Of a stretch of DNA of 64,000 bases, positions 33,477 through 45,648 are shown one piece after another; position 1 is the stretch's first letter; each line of letters begins with the position of its first letter. Under the pieces are notes generated by a model, which saw only the letters and a program-made list of their open reading frames with translations, searched no databases and was not told the DNA's origin. The position numbers were made by a program, and so were the translations under genes. The stretch covers positions 11,861,896 through 11,925,895 of the forward strand of contig CM119271.1 of NCBI GenBank assembly GCA_051294375.1. Direction: 5' to 3'. This DNA comes from Paraspadella gotoi (lineage: Eukaryota; Animalia; Chaetognatha).

Positions 33477-35867
33477 TCATTTCTCAGAAATGAGGATCTG
33501 TCCCACTTTTTCGTTCTTCTCCCTTTCTTTCGCAAGCAAATATTCTCCCGGAAAGAAACTGTCCTCCTCGGTGGGCGTGGGGACTTGCGTGCTCCTGCTG
33601 CGGCTCTGCTTCTTCGCGGCGTCTTCTCCGCCGCCGCTGCTGCTGCTACCGCAATCCAGCTGGTCGACGCGGTCGTCGATCTGCAGTCGCACGTGCTTCA
33701 TCCCCTGATGCTTGGCGTCGATAGTCTTGCATCGATCTCGATCTCTGGCGATCAATTTGGCGCCGACGTTCATCGTCGCGTATTTGGTCGTGTGAGCGGC
33801 AAAGCCCACGCCTTCGTTGAAGGGAAAGCGTTCGGCTCTGGCGCCGGATTGTGTTCCCATCAGTTTTTTCAAAGTGTAGCAACCCAAGTTGGTGTAGTTG
33901 TCCCTCGTCTTTGGATGCGGATTGGCGACACCGCCGCCGCCTCCTCCGGGTTGCGTCAAGATCGAAGTTGTCGTCGTCGTCGTCGAAGGCGACCCTTCGG
34001 GAACGAGTGGCGCGAAGAGAGCGTGGCCGTCGAAGACGCTCGTCGAGATCTGCGAGGCGTCGGCGGACGAGGGCGACGGTCCTGGGTCCATCGTCTCTTG
34101 TCCGACGACGACGAGCTCGGCGAAAGCGTCATTCCTTCTCGAGTGACTCGTCCGCGCGCTCTGATGACTGCTCTCCGTCTGACAGGATTCGTAATCGAAG
34201 CAAAAGGCTCCCGAATCGACGGAGCCTCTCATGCGGAAATGTCTGGGGAGACTCTTGGCGCCGTGGGGATGAAGTCGTGAAGTCTCGTCTCCCTTCGATT
34301 TACCCTTTTGTTTTCCGTTGCACAATTGATACGTGGATTTACTACCAGCTGCGTTGAGATTCTTCCTCGAATACTTGAAGGGTCCGTCGTAGATGAGACA
34401 ATCGCCCGTCATGCTCAGTCGCTGGTTCGCTCTTTTCTCGAAGCTCCGTTCCGCCTTGGCGCCGCAGCCGTCGGGGCCGCGGCAGCCGCCGCCGGAGACG
34501 CCGCCGCCGATGCCGCCGCCGGGCGCGCAGTCGTTCTTGTGCGAGAGATGAACGAAGAAGAGGATGAGGAAGAGGACGACTACTATGACGGCGCTGACGC
34601 CGATGACGACGGCCGTTCCGTGACGCTCCATCTTGGAGGCGGTCGACATTCTGTCCCGGACTCGCACCACGACGTTGACGACCATCTCGGCGTTGCCGGC
34701 GGAATTGGCCGCATAGCAGCGGTACGTGCCCGTGTTGGCGGCGCCCGCCTCGCGGATCGTTAACGTCGACGTTTTGATGTGCTTGTCCCCCGAGGCGGCG
34801 ATGTGATAATCGATGGCGCCGCGGGAGATCGCCCGTTCGTCCTTGAACCACATCGGGTTCGATGGAGGATCGAGAAATATGGTGCACGAGAAGTTGGTCG
34901 TATCGTGTTGATCCACGACCACCGTGCGTTCCTGCGGGGAGGTCATTAGCCGAGGTTGACAGGCGAACTGGATGGAGTGCAGAGAGGACCACCTCTTTCG
35001 AGAGAGGTTGGCCGGCGAATGGCAAAGGGTCACTTTTTCCTCGCTGGATCCCACGTCGTAAGTGATGAGACCTTCCTCCACCCAATCGTGGAGCCAGCGA
35101 AGGTTACAATCGCAGCTCCACGGATTCGCGTAGAGATAAAGCAGACGAAGAATGCCAGAGGCTCGTAGATCGGTAAAGGTCATCTGATCCAGCGTCTGGA
35201 GATTGTTCTTGGCCAACTGCAAGTATTGAAGATGGACGAGGCCGGAGAAGGCGTCGGGTCGAATCTCGCTGACCCCGCAACCATTGAGTTCCAGTTTGAG
35301 CAGCTTGGGGAGACGAGCGAAGGAAAAGTCGCGAAGGATTCGGAATTTGTTGCCGGACAATTTGAGGACTTGAAGGTGAGATAGATCGACGAAGGTGGCC
35401 GTCGGGATCTGGCGCAGTTTGTTGAAGGAGAGATCGAGCTCGGAGAGATTGATGAGACCTTCGAAGGCCGAAGAGTCGACGGTGGACAATTCGTTGTTGT
35501 TTAAATAAAGCGACTGCAGGGACGGCAGGGTCACGAATTCCCGGCCGCGCAGGATGCGCAGCCGATTGCCCTCCAGGTGCAGGACGGTGGAGTCGCCCGC
35601 GACCAGCTTGGGGACGCGGACGAGGCCGAGCTCGTTGCAGAAGGTTCGTTGACGCCCGTTGATGAGGGAGGATTTGCAAGGGCGGTCGGGCGAGGAGACG
35701 AAGGACGGGCGATCGTCGAGGTGGGCGTGGCGGTCGGCATGTCGGTCCGTCTGTCGGACGGCGTCGAAACGATCGACGAGCTTTTGAGTTTTAGGGTTGG
35801 AACGAGGAGGAAGGAGGAGGAGGAGGAAGAGGGAGTGACGGAGGGAGACGCTGATCGAGAGACGCAT
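33477..35867 (-). CDS. LRR-Ig single-pass membrane protein (LIG/kekkon-like), intronless, 796 aa
   Basis: Hydrophobic N-terminus; ~7 LRRs (LxxLxLxxNxL); LRRCT NPWSCDCNLRWL; Ig I-set (FSC...WFKD...GTYRCYAANSAG); TM segment VVIGVSAVIVVVLFLILFF; low-complexity tail. Confidence 0.88.
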   Translation of the reverse strand: MRLSISVSLRHSLFLLLLLPPRSNPKTQKLVDRFDAVRQTDRHADRHAHLDDRPSFVSSPDRPCKSSLINGRQRTFCNELGLVRVPKLVAGDSTVLHLEGNRLRILRGREFVTLPSLQSLYLNNNELSTVDSSAFEGLINLSELDLSFNKLRQIPTATFVDLSHLQVLKLSGNKFRILRDFSFARLPKLLKLELNGCGVSEIRPDAFSGLVHLQYLQLAKNNLQTLDQMTFTDLRASGILRLLYLYANPWSCDCNLRWLHDWVEEGLITYDVGSSEEKVTLCHSPANLSRKRWSSLHSIQFACQPRLMTSPQERTVVVDQHDTTNFSCTIFLDPPSNPMWFKDERAISRGAIDYHIAASGDKHIKTSTLTIREAGAANTGTYRCYAANSAGNAEMVVNVVVRVRDRMSTASKMERHGTAVVIGVSAVIVVVLFLILFFVHLSHKNDCAPGGGIGGGVSGGGCRGPDGCGAKAERSFEKRANQRLSMTGDCLIYDGPFKYSRKNLNAAGSKSTYQLCNGKQKGKSKGDETSRLHPHGAKSLPRHFRMRGSVDSGAFCFDYESCQTESSHQSARTSHSRRNDAFAELVVVGQETMDPGPSPSSADASQISTSVFDGHALFAPLVPEGSPSTTTTTTSILTQPGGGGGGVANPHPKTRDNYTNLGCYTLKKLMGTQSGARAERFPFNEGVGFAAHTTKYATMNVGAKLIARDRDRCKTIDAKHQGMKHVRLQIDDRVDQLDCGSSSSGGGEDAAKKQSRSRSTQVPTPTEEDSFFPGEYLLAKEREKNEKVGQILISEK

Positions 35868-35885
35868 TTTTATTGGTCGAAATCA

Positions 35886-36326
35886 GTCACGTGACGAAAG
35901 TTGGCGTCATACTTTGTTTTTTTCTTCATTTCAAAAACTTGAACGAAGAAAATGGATAAAAAAAAAGTATCTTTGGTTTCACGAGATGTAGATTATTCTA
36001 AACTAATAAAAAAAAAATTATAACGGATTTAGACTGACGATTTATACATTTTTATCTACAAATTAAAAGATTGACGCAAAAAACAAAAAAAGAAAAAACA
36101 GTTTACAAAAAAGAAGAAAAAATGTCTGTGCGATCGATTAGTCTTTTCTTTCCCCGAAAATAAAACTGTATTGTATTCAATGTACAAAAGTGCAACAGGG
36201 AAATAGTTTTGCCATAAATAATATCACCGCATATTCTCATTAGCCAAGCCGAAAGGCGATAGATCCGAAAGAAAAAGAAAAATAAACTAAGAATCTTGAA
36301 CAAAGCGTAAAAAAAGGTCACGTGAC
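35886..36326. promoter_or_regulatory. Two palindromic GTCACGTGAC E-boxes (CLEAR/USF type) upstream of the LRR-Ig gene
   Basis: Exact 10-mers at 35886-35895 and 36317-36326. Confidence 0.45.
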
Positions 36327-36627
36327 AGACTAGACAATCTCGATAAATTTAAACTTTTTAAATCGAAAGAGGCTTGACTCCGTGAACGGAAAGAAAAAAA
36401 TAAGTTAACTTTTTCAGATTTATTATGGAGTTTTAAAAAGAAATTAATTCGCAGTTTTCCAATTCAAACGGAGCCACAAACTGGTAAGTCATTCTCCCTC
36501 TCGACAGAAAAAGAAAAAAACCTCAGTCACCAGAAATAAAAAGTTTTAGTTTTCATTTTTCGATTCACGAACAGTTTTTTTCTCGCAATTCCTCCGCCCC
36601 CACGGGCCCCTCCTCTCCGTGAGAGCC

Positions 36628-38528
36628 TCAACGGTAGTTGGGCAGGTGAGGCTGCGGCATGGCCATGTAGCCAGGATTGGGCGCGGGATACGGAGGTTGG
36701 TAAGGAGCTCGGCCCTGACCCCACCCTCCACGCGGAGGGCCGCCCATTGACGGGTAAGTCTGGGCCGGAGGCTGACCCACGACCGGATAGGGCACGCTGC
36801 CCTGCGGCGGCGGTCCCGTCTGGATTCCCGACGCTGGCGGCTGCGGCGGCGGCGTTCCGTAGGCGCCGTGGGTGGGTGGGGTTCCGTGACCCGGAGTGTA
36901 GGCGGGGTAAGGTGAGTGCCCTCCGTAAGAAGGCATGGAAGGAGGCGGCGGCGGGGCGGGACGCCGAGTAGGGGATGTTCTCTGGGCCGGGCTCGGGGCT
37001 GCGAAATGGCCAATCATAACTCTTACTTCATTATAATCTTAACATTAACATTAACATCTTAACATTTCCCTCATTAAATATAAACTCTAACCTTGAAACG
37101 CGGCTTGCGGAGGTGGGTTCCAACTGGAATTCAAGTTATTCTGTTCCTGCGCCTGGATCGGGTGCTGCAGCGGCTGCGGCTGCGGCTGCGACGGGCCGTT
37201 GGCGACGACTCCGTTGGCGATCATCTCCTGAATCTTCTCAGATTTGATTCGCTGCATGTGAGCGACTTTTCGTTTCTCTCTGAAGGCGGGAAGGAATTCC
37301 TCCACGGGCTTCGAATCGCTGGCGGGAGGAAGGGATTAATTATATTACAAAGTTCGGAATACAATATAATACTTATTGGTGGCATTTTCATACAATTGAA
37401 CATTCTTTGAAACATTATGCCACTTCATTGATAGGAAAGCCGGGTAGTCTGGGAGTGTATAAACGAGACCGTGAGAGAGTCTTGATTGAAAACTTGCAGA
37501 GGCCTGCTATGTTATTATCTTGTAAGTGTGATGGAGGCCTTAAACCACCAAAGCCCGTCCAAAGTCAGGGGCAAGCTAGCATATTTATTAAGTAAATGTA
37601 TAATTTTTATAATGGTTGTACCAATTTCATTAATAATTAATAGTTGATAAGGTTTTTTATATAAATTAATGATTAACTATTAACAAGGTTTACCTGAGAA
37701 ACTGTTCGGCCATTTCTTCGGAGGCTTCTTCGGAGGTTGCCGTTTCGGATTGAAGGATCGCCAAGACCGTGTCAAGACTCGTGGCTCCTGAGAAACAGAA
37801 AGAAAGAGAATGAAACCAAAAATTGAGAGAGAGAGAAAGTAAGAAACAGAGAAAGAGGAAAAAGTCAGAAATAGAAAGAGAGAGAAACAAAAGAGAGAGA
37901 GAGATGTTATCCTCTGACCCGTATTCACATAAAGAAACAAAGAAAGGGGAAAAAGTCAGAAATAGAAAGAGAGAAACAAAAGAGAGAGAGATGTTATCCT
38001 CTGACCCGTATTCACATAAAGAAACAGAGAAAAGGGAAAAACGTCAGAAATAGAAAGAGAGAAAAAAAAGAGAGAGATGTTATCCTCTGACCCGTATTCA
38101 CATAAAGAAACAGAGAAAGGGGAAAAAGTCAGAAAAAGTCAAAAACAAAAGAGAGAGAGAGAGAGAGATGTTATCCTCTGACCCGTATTCTTCTCCAATG
38201 TTCTCTTCTTATCATCAAATCCGGCGAAGACTTCGCTCTGCGTCACATAAAGTTCCCTCAACAATTCCTTCTTCTCTTTGAGCGAAGGTTCCACGGAGAG
38301 ATTGAACTCCGCGAGGCTCCTGTTGCTGGCGACGAGGTCCTCCCGCTCAGTCTGGAGTTTCTTCACCATCTCCGAATCGTTGATGATGTTGAGCAACTCC
38401 GTCTCGTCATCGTTCATCTTCTCCAGCTGCTCTATTTCCAGATGGCCGAGGATGGCCACGGCGGATTCCAGCGCCGCGGGGGATAAGCAGCCTCCACCGC
38501 CGCCGCCGCCGCCGCTGTAGAGCGTCAT
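36628..38528 (-). CDS. VPS37: ESCRT-I subunit VPS37 (Mod_r domain plus Pro-rich tail); exons 38528-38183, 37787-37694, 37318-37092, ~36998-36628
   Basis: REDLVASNRSLAEFNLS, SEEASEEMAEQFL, VEEFLPAFREKRKVAHMQRIKSEK, and a P/Y/G-rich C-terminus. The last acceptor is uncertain. Confidence 0.86.
37408..37629 (+). mobile_element. ~220-bp dispersed repeat, family C, copy 1 (VPS37 intron 2)
   Basis: Aligns by eye along its length with 47322-47523 and, inverted, with 43900-44048. Confidence 0.8.
37845..38190. repeat. ~87-bp x4 tandem repeat containing the VPS37 exon 1/intron 1 junction
   Basis: gatgttatcctctgacccgtattc occurs at 37903, 37990, 38076 and 38167. Confidence 0.92.
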
Positions 38529-39685
38529 TTACCTTTTTCAAGTTTCGGTTTCTGGTTTTAAATATGGTTTTCTATAAAAAAAGAAAAAAAGTTAACGCAA
38601 CAATCATAACAACTAACAATAACTAATAGTAGAAAGATAACTAATAAAAACAAATGTACAAAAATTTGGTAATTAAGCTCGGATCGATTTTAAAAATTTA
38701 ACAAAATAAGCTTGTAATTTGTCTTAATCACATTTTTTTCATAAAAAGATTCATATTTATATATTTTCTTTTAGCAAGAACCAATTAGAATAACTGGCAA
38801 TAAGATTTTAGTCAATATTAGTCAGCGACGGGCGAAATGAATTTTGGATAAAATTGCTCAAACATTCCTGGTGCTCCACGAATTCAATTGCTGAGGATAG
38901 CAGTCGAAACTGTGACGTTAGTCATTACTCGATCTGTTACTATATTACACTCGAGGTACAATTTACAATCGAAAAAATCTTTAAAAGCAATAGGATCGTC
39001 GCAATTGCATAAGAAAAATCTGGATTGACGAACAAATTTTGATACTAAAAAATATCAAATTTGAGAAAAATAAAAGAAAAAAAAATTTAAAAAAAAAATA
39101 ATCCACGAAAAAATCCACGAAAATCTCGGATGTAAATTTGTGAATAAATGGCGATAATAAAAGTTTTTAAAGGGAAAAAATTAATCAGAGAGTGTTAGAT
39201 CCAAAGACTCGCGAATCGTGATATCTGAGTTCGAACTTTACTTCGTCACAAGGATTTATCGTTTGGATCATTTCATCATTCGTGCTTTAGTTTATTCATT
39301 GGTTTTTGAGTTTATACTGATTTTTGTAATTCTTTTGAGTGTTTAAATAATAATTCTTTATTGTACTGTTTGAATATCTATATGCTTTGATTATTTTATT
39401 AAGGTACCCTTTTTAAAACTCTTCATAAACTCAGAGAAATAAAGAGACTATTTGATCGTCGATCTGCTCAAGCCACCAAATCATGCCTTTGAAGAATCTC
39501 TGGACTACCGAAGCATCTCGCCGGGGTTGAGGAGTTTCCTCAAATATTCTTCGAATATTCTCGCGGGGCGTTTTAGGAGGAGGACGGACCGGCGGTCCTA
39601 ACAAGAGAGAGAAGAGAGAGAGAGAGAGAGAAAGAAGCCAAATCATTTTCAGCAGCAGAGGCACCCAAAAAAAAAGAAAAAATCA

Positions 39686-39829
39686 AAAGGCAGCAGCAGA
39701 AGCAGCAGGAGAAAGAGAGAAAAAGAAAGAGCCCCTGCAGAGCCAGCTGCAGACTCAAAAGGCAGCAGCAGAAGCAGCAAGAGAAAAGATAGAAAAAGAA
39801 TAAGCCCCTGCAGAGCCAGCGGCAGACTC
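39686..39829. repeat. ~72-bp tandem duplication
   Basis: aaaaggcagcagcagaagcagca...agcccctgcagagccagc.gcagactc occurs twice. Confidence 0.88.
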
Positions 39830-40079
39830 GTTTTTTTTCCTATGATTATGAATCAGTGAATAGGGAAAAGAGAGAGGGAGAGAGACATGTAATTAAAAGA
39901 GAAAAGAGAGAGAGAAAGAATTAAAAGAGAGAAAATTTGTTTGTTTGATAAAACGTAAACAAAACATATTTAATAACTGTCCAGACTCAATTTTAAGCAC
40001 ATCGATGATGAGAAGCTGTATATAAATTTTCAGCTTCACACACCAAAATTTAATCATAAAAAAGGCGATCTATAATTTG

Positions 40080-40165
40080 GAACGCCGACGACGACGACGA
40101 CGCCACTTATGCCCAAAAGCGTTACTAGATCGTCGCAAACGCAAAGCGATTGCGACGATAAAAAA
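40080..40165 (-). mobile_element. HINE-like element end (T-run, hairpin, (GTC)n)
   Basis: Minus strand: tttttt-atcgtcgcaa-t-cgc-ttt-gcg-t-ttgcgacgat-ctag ... (gtc)5; same layout as 32572-32662. Confidence 0.5.
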
Positions 40166-40236
40166 GAGGGAATAAGCCCAACTAAATCTAAGGCACTTGG
40201 ATAAATAGAGGGGAAGCGAAGGGTGAAAATAAAATG

Positions 40237-43200
40237 TCATGGAATTCTGATATCTCCTTCCGATTTGGCGGATTTAATTCCTCCGCCGCAAATCATATCC
40301 CGCCTTCTTTCCAAATCCGCGTCGACCTTGGCGGAGACGACGGCCCGTTCCAACGCGGCCACCCTCCTCTCCGCTTTGGCCAAAGACGCCATCGTTCTCT
40401 GCAGATCCCGACTTTGATCAACGTGTTTCTCCAACTCGTCGCCGAGTTCGATGAGTCTTCCGTGCGCCTCCTTCAAATCCCCGCGCGTCTTCATCAACTC
40501 TTCCTTCTTTCTCTCCAACTCTCTCGTCAGATTCTTCTCTCTCCTGCGCTGCTGCGCCGTCTCCAGCTCCCGCTCTCCCTCGGCCAGCTCAGTTTTCTTT
40601 CTCCGCGACTCCATCTCTCGCGAGAGTCGCTCGCTAGAATCGAGCAAAGAGGCGATCGTCTCCTTCGCCTGTCGCGAGTAGGAATCTGAGAAACGGCGCA
40701 ACAATATCATCCGCTCGCGAACGAGTTGGATCAACTGCGCGTGCGTGGACTCGTCCGGCGGCGTTGTGGAAAAGTCGGCGCCGGGAGAAGAGTCCAAATC
40801 GCGCGCTAACGTTTGAATTTGCTCGCCAATGTCTCCGCAGAGAGAATGGAGGAGAGAGAGAAGAGAAGCGTCCTTCTGTTGCCGAACAACGTTGACGATT
40901 CTCGCTTCTTTCTTCTGATTTTCGACCTGCGACTCGAGATCGCGGAGACGTCGACGCAGCTCCGCAGTTTCCCGACGCAGCGACGCGGCCTCGGCCTCCG
41001 ATTCGGACGCAGCCTCCTTCGTGATCGATCTCTCCGTCTCCAAGAACTTCTTCTCTTCCTCCGCCTGACGAAGCGCCGCTTCAGTTTCCGCTCGTTTCTC
41101 TTTCAGTTTGAGATTCTCGTCGTTGACGTCGCGAATTTCTTGTTGACGCGATCCAAGTTGATCGCGGAGTTTGACCAATTCCTTCTCGATGGTAGTGATT
41201 TGTTCGTGCAGATTGGCTTCTTGACTCTCGAGTCGTCGCTTCATTTCCGATCGGCTAATTTCCTTTTCTTTTTCGAGTTTTTCTTCAAAATCGATCGTCA
41301 TCTTTTGTTGTTTCTCAACCATCGCCATCTCTTGCTCCTGATGAATTCTCTTCAAATTGTCCAACTCTTGACGCAAATTTTGCAGCTGAGCCTCGGATTC
41401 CCGCATCATTTCCAGCAGCGACTCGTTCTCATTCTCCAGCCGACGATTTGACGGTTTCAATTTCTCCATCTCTCTGGCGACGAGTTCCAACTGCAGCTTC
41501 AAGTCGCCGATCGTTCTTTCCCCTTTGCACCTTTCCTCCAGCAGAGCCTTCCTCTCCTCTTTTAAAGCCAGGATCTCCTGCATCAAGCGACGCTGCTCCT
41601 CGACGCCTTCGGCCAACCTCTTCTGCGAATCCATCAACGTTTCCTCCATGATTTTATTCTCGTCCTGTAAGGGAGCCAAATAGAATGGGTCAGAAAATTT
41701 CTGAGAAAACTTTGAATAGACCAAAATTTACCAAAATTACTTCGTGTACTCTTTAGTCTTTACCTTAGATATTTTTATTAAAACCCGTACGATTTAGTTT
41801 TTAGGAATAAATATAAATTATAAAAAAGTTAACTTTGCTAGCTTTGTCAGAATAAATCAAACATTTCAAAATAAAAAAAAATATTTTGAAATTATTTAGT
41901 AATTTAATAATTCAAATTAGGTAATTTTGGCCGAAAAAAAAAGCTACCTGTAAAAAGACGTTTTCCTCGCAGAGTTCGTCTCCGCTGAGTCGAAGTCTTC
42001 GTTTGAGTTCGTCGATCTCTTCATCTTTCCTTCGATTCTCCATCTCCATCATTTTCTCTCTCGTTCCTTCGCTCGAATCGTGAAATAGAGAGCGAGACAC
42101 TAGTTTCGTCAGGACGGCCTCGTTTTCAGTCCGCGTCGCCTTCCTCTCCGTCGCGGGTCGACGATTCTCCTTCTGCGTCTTGACGGCCGACTTGGCGGAG
42201 AGCGGGCGGGCGCCGACGACGAGCGGCTTGGCGGTTCGTCGCTCGGCCTTCTTGGGATTCGTTCTTCGATCGTTCTGCTTGTTCTGTTCGACGACCTGCA
42301 ACGGAACGAGAGTCGAGGTCCCGTTCTTCGAACCTCTCCTCGACGCCGCGGACAAGGAAGGCTCCGACGTCGCCGACTTCGTCAATCTCCTCGAGGATTT
42401 CGTGAGGACGGGAATTCGAGAAACTTCGCTCTTAGATTTCAGAGAAGACGACGACGACGACGACGACGATGTCGCTGTCGCCAACGCCGCTTCGGCCGGC
42501 GCCGATGACGCTGTCCCTGTCGCCGATAATTTAACGACGTCCTTTACGAACGAACCGCCTGATGGCATCTGTCCCGCATTCTGAACCAGTTTAACGTTAG
42601 CGTCGTTTTTAAACTTTGCTTTTCCAATGGAGGCCACGGTTGGGCAGAGAAAGTGGGGCTTTCGATCCTTGCTCGATTTGGCCGCATTAGCAGGGAGCGG
42701 TGGCAGCGGGGGAGGCGGCGGCGGCGGCGGCGGAGGTCGGGGCAGCGGCGGTTTTTCTTCCACGAGACGACTCGCTTCCTTGACGAGAAATTCCAAGAGT
42801 GAAGAGACTTCGTTTCGAGATTCTCTTTCGATCGCCAAGTCGATCTTCTCGGTTGCGTGGGACAGGGCTGTTGGGTCTTCGCTCGAGTCGGTCGCGGATG
42901 GAGGCGTTTCTATCGGCGCCGCCGCCTCGTAGAGGAAGGACGTCTGCGTAGAGACGACAACGCCTTCAGAAGCACTCGGCGCGGACGAGTTGGGCATCGG
43001 AGTCGCCAATGAGTTAGCGATTGCCAATCCCGTTAAGTTGGGCATTGCAGTCTCCAACGCTCCCCCAGATTCCGCGCCAACCTCGCCAAGCGCCGAGTGG
43101 AAAAAGTTCTGCAGGCGACAGCGAATCAAGTTTTGCATCTCAAGACCCGGATGTAATAAGTCTGAACGAGAAACGAAATCCTTTGTCGGCGAAGTTGATT

Positions 43201-43825
43201 TCGGCGCGGAATCAGATTCGGTCGACTGGAGGTCGTCGACCGCTTGGAATTGATCGACGATCGAAATAGGGGAGGCGGGCATAGCTGGAATGGCGGGCAT
43301 AGTTGCCGAGGAGGGCATAGTGCCCGTTGTTGGCATAACGGGCGTATGGAAAGTGACGGGCATAGTGACCTTATCCCGCCCGACGACCGCTTTCCCCGGG
43401 CACTGAATCGGCGTCGAAGCCACGTCGCCCGTTCGTCGAGAGTCGAGAAGCCAATCGAGCGACGCCTTCGCTTCACCGTCCACGTCTTCGGATGAAAAGT
43501 TTAGCCACGAGAGGGACTCGCCGAGACGGGAGGGAGAAAAGCTAGGGCGAAGGAGCGGAGAGGGATTGGGGCGAGGAACGAGGAATACGCAATCCTTTTC
43601 TTTATCGTTGGGATCAGTCGTCGACGTCGTCGTCGTCGTCTCTTCCCCGGATGGTCTTCCTTCATCGTCGACCAAGGGCGTGGCCAGGTCATCCCCCCGG
43701 GTCGTCGAGAATGTCCACGAGTCGATCGTCGACTCTAAAGTGGAGATTTCCTCTAAACTCGATCCCGCGTCGCCGTCGAAGAATTCAGAGTCTGGAGGTT
43801 CGAGCAGCGAGAGATTAAACGACAT
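40237..43825 (-). CDS. Large disordered/coiled-coil protein, ~1101 aa, with an SxIP motif; exons 43825-41948 and 41664-40237
   Basis: Two long ORFs joined by a phase-0 GT-AG intron. S/P-rich N-half with poly-Pro, PHFLCPTVAS and SRIPVL; E/K/R/L heptad-rich C-half. Confidence 0.8.
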
Positions 43826-43899
43826 CTTCTGGCGAAAAAGGGAAGGAGAAAGGGTGAGGTTAAGATTTTATAAATCAATATAAATGGGATGAAATTAGT

Positions 43900-44048
43900 T
43901 TACCCATTCATTGAATATAAACAAGCTATCTTGCCCCAGATTTTGGACAACATTATATGATAAGCTTTCAATCAAAAATTTCTTACAGTCTAGTTTATTC
44001 ACTCCCAAAATACCTGGCTTCCCTATCAATAAAATAGTAAAATGTTTT
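43900..44048 (-). mobile_element. Family C repeat, inverted and internally deleted copy
   Basis: gctatcttgccccagattttggac ... tttcaatcaa ... gtttattcactccca ... ggcttccctatcaat matches the reverse complement of 37408-37629. Confidence 0.7.
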
Positions 44049-44574
44049 ATTAACTGTTTCAATTGTATAGAACCACATTTTGTTCAATAATTTAACAGTA
44101 GTCACAGTAGTTCTACTGCAACGATAAAGAAATTACTGTCAATGAGAAATTCGTCATCATTTTTAAAAGTAACTGTAACATTGTAAATAATATTGCCACG
44201 GATTAAAATAAAGATTCGATATTATCCACCAATTATTACGTAATATTTCACCGTAATAGATTATCCAAAGAGAACTAAAAGACGCAGGAAGATGAAATTC
44301 GTCGTCCTTTTCTAATATTAGAAGTCCAGAGAGTCTGGACCGTCCGTAAACCTCGAAGGTCACAACGGGCGATGGAACGACGACGGCGTACGGTGGTCAT
44401 TCCGACCCAAGACGATCCAATGAAACTGGGATTTACTTTTATTTTACTTTGAACGACATTTATTAATATCTTTTTAAAGGTTTTTTTTATTTTAATTTTT
44501 GAAAAAGTGACTAAACGGATTAAAAGGGAATTTCCGTTGTGTCGGGTCCTTTTGTTCGTCGTCTTGGTTTCGAC

Positions 44575-44600
44575 ATCTGGCGGAAAATGGCGGAAACTTT
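44575..44600. promoter_or_regulatory. YY1/E2F-like motifs (tggcggaaaatggcggaaa), probable promoter of the coiled-coil gene
   Basis: AAAATGGCGG at 44584-44593, ~750 bp upstream of the ATG. Confidence 0.35.
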
Positions 44601-45404
44601 AATACTGAAAAATACTTAAAAAGGTCAACGTGACGGAGTCCGGGGAGTATTAGAATGTACTGGCTGTATGAAAAGGATGGACTTCATGTTAGGGATTCTT
44701 TTGAATCTAGATGAACTCTGGAACCATTTATCTTTCTTATGGATTATCTACCTCATTAATCATTTATTAATTTTTTCTTTCCCGAAAAAAAAAAAATATT
44801 TCCTCTCGTTTTATTCAATTCAAGGGGGTTTCATGTTCACTCAGTCAATGCCCGTGTGGACAGAACTTATTTCTTATAGCTTATCAAACGTTATAAAGTG
44901 AAAATCTAAATTGTATTGCTATCTTTGTAGTTTGTGAATTTTAGTTCCTTGTCTCCTCTCGACGACCTGAGTCATTTTACGCTTTGTGTTGAAAAACCGA
45001 TTCTCGTAGTAGGACTCATTTGTTTTTGTTGTTGTTATTATTATTGTTTTATTTGGGGTCATCTTATTTTTATCTCATTCGGATTCCGTCGGCAAAAAGA
45101 AATCGTATTCTTTGAATACCAAATAGTAAAAAAGCATATTTTACCAACTTCTTGAAAAATGCATATTTTCAACTATACTTGAATAACTTGAAAATTCAGT
45201 TGATATTTATTACTACTCTCTTGTCTGCTTTTGAAAAATCAAAGCATAAACGATAAAAGTAACTAAACGTTTCTCTCCTAAAAGGGAAATACTTTTCTTT
45301 CCAAAAAAAAAAGAATTTGAAAATTCCAAAAATAAATTTGAGTCGATTTCCGTTCGTTCTCTCGCTCCGGTGGCTTTCAATTCTTTTTTTACGATCCTAA
45401 AAGT

Positions 45405-45447
<43 letters not shown>

Positions 45448-45534
45448 CCTTTCATTGCCGCTTCTCTTTGCTCTTTTCTCACCTCGAACGCAGCAAAGAA
45501 TCGAGCTGCTGCGAAAACCTTTTTGCGAAACTTG

Positions 45535-45648
<114 letters not shown>

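Noticed and set aside
37845-38190. Regularly spaced 24-bp repeats resembling a CRISPR array
   Set aside because: The spacers are copies of each other, the context is a eukaryotic intron, and there are no cas genes.
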